From Octopus vulgaris (lineage: Eukaryota): 64,000 bases of DNA. Below are positions 57,562-64,000 of the stretch, piece after piece (position 1 is the stretch's first letter; the number at the start of each line of letters is the position of its first letter). The notes beneath the pieces were generated by a model. That model ran no database searches. It was not told the DNA's origin and worked only from the letters and a program-made list of their open reading frames with translations. The position numbers were made by a program, and so were the translations under genes. The stretch lies in NCBI GenBank assembly GCA_951406725.2, contig OX597820.1, positions 74,772,001 through 74,836,000 on the forward strand, read 5' to 3'.

Positions 57562-58242
57562 TATATATAATAGAATAGAATATAAATATGTTACAAAAAG
57601 AAAATAGAAACTTAACGTGAGAATATAAGGGGAAAGTAAGAAAAATCAACGAAAACGCACATTGTAAAAACAAAAAGTAAAGGCTTTTTATGAAAAGTAA
57701 TGAAAAATATATACAATTAGATGAACTGAGGTAGGAATAAAAGTAATAAAAGTCATTATTGTGAGATTAATTGAAATATATATATACATACATACTTACA
57801 CACACACACACTCACACACAAACATACACACACACACACATACACACACACACTCACACATACACACAAACAAACAATGATGGTTTTGCCTTGAAAAGGA
57901 ATCAATATTCTCGACGGCCTAACGGTATATTCTATTTAACAACACCATTTTATTCTCGTTACTATTTGTATTCCCACCGCCACACCCATCACCCCAGCAC
58001 AACCTCCATTAATTCCCGACAGCATAATTCAGCGTGAATGATGTCCAAGCATACATGGGGTTTCAACGTTGCCTCTGCTTACCGTTTTCTGAGAACTCAA
58101 CAAAATACTGTGATCACAAGGTTCCTTTCCTTACTCATTTAATTCTGATGTTCTATGCAAAAATATTTTATCTCCCTCGTCTGTCTGTATGCCTGCCGGC
58201 TTGTTTTCCTGTCTGACTGCCTGTCTGTTTATAGCTAGATAG

Positions 58243-58281
<39 letters not shown>

Positions 58282-58313
58282 TGAATATGTTTGTGTGTGC
58301 ATGTGTGTGTTTG

Positions 58314-58362
<49 letters not shown>

Positions 58363-58379
58363 GATTGAAAGCTAACTCC

Positions 58380-58541
58380 AATTTTTTAAAATTCTCTCTC
58401 TGCTTGTTTCCTGGCGTCCCTTTCGGTTGAAGAGCATAGGCTCGAAACGTAAAAGACTTTCTCACATTCCCGAGCCTCAAACTAATACACCTGTTTGTTT
58501 CTTTATGCACCTGTATTCGTCTTTTGTTTTTCTGTAAACTT

Positions 58542-58545
<4 letters not shown>
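58380..58545 (+). mobile_element. Hammerhead-family repeat (56175 family), core variant
   Basis: cttt-CGGTTGA-agagc atag gctc-GAAAC-GTA-aaag at about 58419-58456. Confidence 0.65.
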
Positions 58546-58589
<44 letters not shown>

Positions 58590-58591
<2 letters not shown>

Positions 58592-59000
58592 TTATGAGTA
58601 TGAGAGGTAATGCTGTCAAGAAGACCCAAATGTGTCAGGTAATGGTGAATAAGTGCTATACACAGACTATAGTAAAGCTCCAGTTTCGAGGATTATTCGA
58701 ATGAGGAGTCCAACGTAGGTCATATATCAGCATGTGTATATATCAAAAATTAATAGAATGAGATAAAAATCCAAGGCTGTGAAAGATTTCAGAACATTTA
58801 TAAATAGGTCTTACAGCTGTTTATAAAGAGAAAATCTTACAGCTGTTTCCGGGATATTTTATATATCCTTTCATGCATTCCTTCACCGTCTCCGATGAAG
58901 ATATATATAAAATATCCCGGAAACAGCTGTAAGACCTCTTTATAAATGTTCTGAAATCTTTTACAGCCTTGGATTTTTATCTCATTCTGTTAATTGTATA
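58590..59000. mobile_element. Inverted arrangement of the 51770 hammerhead family
   Basis: ~58749-58870 is inverted against ~58900-58995. Plus-strand motif gtct-CCGATGA..GAAAC-agct-GTA-agac at 58888-58935. Confidence 0.75.
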
Positions 59001-59199
59001 TATATACTATTTACTATTTATTGTACTTTATTGATTTTTAGAATAAGGTTTTTATAGTATATGTTTTCTATATGGTGTGAATAACATCTTTCATTATTGA
59101 ATTGATTAATAAAGTTTTTTCTCTAAATTATATACATATATTATATATTGTGAAATTCGAATTAAAATTGTTAAATTGAAATTTTCCCTGTAAGTTTTG

Positions 59200-59295
<96 letters not shown>

Positions 59296-59519
59296 TGTGT
59301 TAAAAAATAAAGATGATGCCTCACATCCTTCGATCAGTTACGTATGCTTCCATGACCATTACGTATTTCTATCATTCGACTTGATGGATTATTTTGTACA
59401 TATAAAACTCATGAAAACCCATACGATATTAACAGTTATATTAATAATTTTTTTCAATATAGTTACAAATCTAACCCCAATAAAATAGATTGATTGCCAG
59501 TGCGGTACATACATTAAAC

Positions 59520-59755
59520 ACACAATCACTGGTTGGTAAGCTGTGGTTTTGGGACAGACACAGACAAAAAATTACACACACACATATTTATACGACGGGC
59601 TTCTTTCAGTTTCTCTTTACCAAATCCACTTACAAGGCTGTGGTCGGCTCAAGGATATAGATGAATACACCTGACCAAGGTTGCACGTTGTGGGACTGAA
59701 ACCAAAACTATGTCGTTGGAAAGCAAGCCCATTACCACACAGCAACGCCTACGCC
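59520..59755 (-). mobile_element. SINE family A, degenerate
   Basis: acgacgggcttctttcagtt...accacacagc. Confidence 0.75.
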
Positions 59756-60505
59756 AGCATAATTTTTCAGTATTAACTCCGTCATATGTCGTGATTTTGA
59801 AAGAAATTTTCATCTCAGACGAAAACAGCAGTAATTTGATTTTAAACGGTGTATATACATTGAATATGATACATAGATGACTATTTTCATTGAATGCTGC
59901 TTTAGTAGCAAACACTGCATTAATAATTTAGCCAAGTAGCTATCTCCCTATCAGTTACTGTTTTATTCATTTCCCTGTCTCCGAGGCGACAAATTACAGT
60001 AACTTGCTTACCTATGCTGCGTATACATTACACATGATCTATAGATATCAATTTAAAACTTTATTCGCTTACCTTATCACTTCAAAGTTATTTACCTGAC
60101 GCAAAATCTCACAAAGAACATTTCTAGAATTTCAAAATTTGTGTTGCGTTTTCCTCTTTCAGTTTGATAGATACTTCATAATGCATTTGAAGAAAAGGCT
60201 TTCGTTATAATTCCAAAATGTGGCAAATATCTGCCCATTATCCAATATTTCCCAGTATTAAATTATTTGAATATTTTATTTATAATTTTCAACAATTTTT
60301 ACTCATTACTTTGTAAAGCCTGTGTGACTGAAATATTCTCGTTATTAAATTTTAATTAAATAAATGTATGACACCCTCTTACCTTGTAAACTAAATCCGA
60401 ATCTTTTATTGAAGTTTATGGATTTTCATTTTGCTCTAAAAGCAGATATATTGAAATACAGAAAGGACATACGTACTTGATTATAAACATTTATACACAC
60501 ACATA

Positions 60506-60556
<51 letters not shown>

Positions 60557-60637
60557 ACATATATATCTTTATGTAAATCTAGCTCTTTCCATTCTCTCCT
60601 AATATACAATCATATATGCACATATACGTAGTCTACA

Positions 60638-60671
<34 letters not shown>

Positions 60672-60744
60672 CATACATACATATACAAATACACGCACAT
60701 AAATACATACACACATATACATACATATGCGAACAGAGACGCTT

Positions 60745-60796
<52 letters not shown>

Positions 60797-61269
60797 GTAC
60801 ATAAGCGTGTGCATGTTTATATGCGTGCGTACATAAAACACTCATGTGTGTTTCTGTATGCATATACAGATACAAAGGTGAGTTAGAGAAATCACGCACA
60901 GGATAATATGAGAGAAAGAGATATTATTGATAAATTACTTCGTGGCTAAATAAAAGAAATAGGAATGTGAGGATGTATTATGAAATATTTCAAGAGCATT
61001 TCGATAGTACACGAGTGTTTTGTGGTGATGAAGCCCGCCTGTAAGCACTCTCAGCTGTGAAGCCATATCGTAAGTTATTACGCAAATGGTTTTGAAAATC
61101 TCACAAGAGTAGTTTATCAAAAGAGGCTATTGAGTCTATTCTGCTTGGCTATGGAGAGCTGCATCCATTTTAAACCCGTATATAACTCATACACACTCGT
61201 GTACAGTCACATACACACACGGGACACATGCCTAAACACGAGAATTCATGTGTGTTTGTGTATGTGTGT

Positions 61270-61273
61270 GTAA

Positions 61274-61322
<49 letters not shown>

Positions 61323-61388
61323 CATATATATACATATATATATATATACATATATATATACATATATATAACATATATATATATATAC

Positions 61389-61472
<84 letters not shown>

Positions 61473-61668
61473 TTATATACATATATATATACATATATAT
61501 ATATATACATATATATACATATATATATATACATATATATACATATATATATACATATATACATTATATATATATATATATACATATATACATTATATAT
61601 ATATATATATACATATATACATTATATATATATATATATACATATATACATTATATATATATATATAT

Positions 61669-61713
<45 letters not shown>

Positions 61714-61775
61714 TACATATATACATTATATATATATAAATATACATATATATACATATATATACATATATACAT

Positions 61776-61806
<31 letters not shown>

Positions 61807-61896
61807 ATACATATACATATATATATACATATATACATTATATATATATATATACATATATACATATATATATACATATATATATATATATTTATA

Positions 61897-61933
<37 letters not shown>

Positions 61934-62106
61934 TATATATATATATATATACATTATATACATTATATATATATATATACATTATATACATTATATATAT
62001 ATATACATTATATATATACATATATATATATATATATTATATATATATATACATTATATATATACATATATATATATACATTATATATATACATATATAT
62101 ATATAC

Positions 62107-62159
<53 letters not shown>

Positions 62160-62320
62160 ATACATTATATATATATATATACTGAATTTATATATATATA
62201 CACATATATATATACACACATACACACACACACATATATATATATACACACATATATATAAATATATATACATTATATATACATATATACATATATGTAT
62301 GTATATATATATATGCATAT
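61270..62320. repeat. ~1-kb degenerate (AT)n/(ATAC)n array
   Basis: Direct reading. Confidence 0.95.
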
Positions 62321-62654
62321 ATGATGTGCAAACATATGTGTATATTTCTTTGTATATTATACATGTGTGAGTCATTGTGTGGTGGAAATTATTGAATAAA
62401 TGAATTCATAGTTGTCTAAACATACCCATTGACCGATGATTGGGAAACAGTGACGTTTATATGTATCTCTATGTATGTATGTATGTATGTATGTATGTAT
62501 GTATGTATGCATGCATGTATCTATCTATCTACCTATCTGTTTGTCTCTCCATCCATCCATCCATCCGTCTCTCTCTCTATCTATCTCTCCATCTATCTAT
62601 CTAACTATCCATCTAACTATCCATCTATCTATACATCCATCTATCCATCCAACC

Positions 62655-62771
<117 letters not shown>

Positions 62772-62808
62772 CCTATCTGGTTATCCATGTGCAAATGTAA
62801 ATGTGCAA

Positions 62809-63313
62809 ATATAACAAATGAGAGAAAGAGGAAATGGAATTCACGAGATCTTTATTAATCAAAAACGATCGTTCCTATCCGTCTTGCATCGGTCTCTCGC
62901 AGGTAAAGATTTTGGAGAACTGGTTGTGGTGCATCCCTCGGAACAGATGTGTCTCTTTAGGTGATCTTTCAAACGGTTCCACGCTCAATAAACTCAGTAT
63001 TGCTTGGTTCTATTGTAATGCATTTCGTTATTTGCCTGTAACTCGATGCATACAGGGTTTCGTTCATTGAAATATAACCCGATACAGGCAAATTACGAAA
63101 TGCATTACAATAGAACCAAGCGAAACGAGGTTTATTGAGTGAAGTACCCTTTGAAAATTCACCTTATGAGACACATCTGCACCAAAGGATGCACCACAAA
63201 GAGTTGCCCAGAATCAAACCCAGGAGAGACCGATGCAAGATGGACCGAAATGATCGTTGTGACTAATATACAACCTCATGAATTCCATTTTCTCTTTCTC
63301 CCATTAGCTATAT
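62809..63313. repeat. ~500-bp imperfect fold-back (arms ~230 bp, 42-nt centre)
   Basis: 62809-63040 pairs with 63083-63313 at roughly 80% by manual alignment. Confidence 0.88.
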
Positions 63314-63561
63314 ACACGACGGGCACAGAGAAAATCCCGAAGTAAATCCAAAGTCATTTATATCATTTATATCTATAGTTATACTGCTGATGACATCAAA
63401 TGGACTCAGACTGTGAACGTGCTTTAATCGGCACACCACAAGGTGTATAGCCAAGTCTAAAATAAATGTAGGAATATATTTGTACGTACATAATACATAC
63501 ATGCATACATACATACATACATACATACATACATACACACATACATACATACATACATACA

Positions 63562-63615
<54 letters not shown>

Positions 63616-64000
63616 TGAATTAAGTTAGAGGTTATAACAGCTGTGTAAAGGATACAATGAAGCCACTGGTGTATTGCTTACATTTAATCATAAGCATTGT
63701 TGTTAATGCTCATAAATGATAGGTAATGACAGAATTAAAAAGAAAGTTTATCAATATTCAAGGAAAATAGAAAATGGAGATACAATTGATGAATAACAAT
63801 TGATTTAGATCTTGTGAAGTATATTTGCCACCTAAATGTGGCTAATCCTTAAGGGTCGATGCTACTGTAGCTTGTAGCCCCAGGAAGACATCACCTCCTG
63901 CTTGCTATTGACACACTATCTGTGCCCTATCAGTATTTGCAAAAGGAAGTCATCGTTCCCATCTCCAGCCTGACGTGATACACACGGACCTGAGTTTTTG

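Noticed and set aside
63826-63870. Additional hammerhead near the window end
   Set aside because: A gccac/gtggc stem is present but the core nucleotides (CTTAAGGA, AAAT) do not fit.

Overview
AT-rich, microsatellite-saturated eukaryotic non-coding DNA. The SINE repertoire and the (AT)n/(ATAC)n/(ATCT)n density suggest an octopus/coleoid genome (inference). I cannot support any intact host CDS, and nearly all ORF-track hits are microsatellite read-throughs. The window is a TE graveyard: three tRNA-derived SINE families, two 5'-truncated Tx1-clade LINEs, R4/Dong-like RLE fragments, mariner/pogo relics and MITEs, and Penelope-like (PLE) fragments. About ten minimal type I hammerhead ribozyme motifs from about six sequence families are visible. 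The most notable observations are: (1) a pre-tRNA-iMet::Tx1 LINE chimera inserted in a (TCTA)n array; (2) a PLE terminal module made of a tRNA-like Pol III head, a (TAA)n linker and a hammerhead, linked to a GIY-YIG ORF; (3) a 592-bp-period hammerhead unit resembling a non-LTR retrozyme; (4) three non-LTR families, each in its own microsatellite type; (5) a SINE sharing its 3' tail with the Tx1 LINE; (6) unexplained long fold-backs and a Y-shaped double palindrome.
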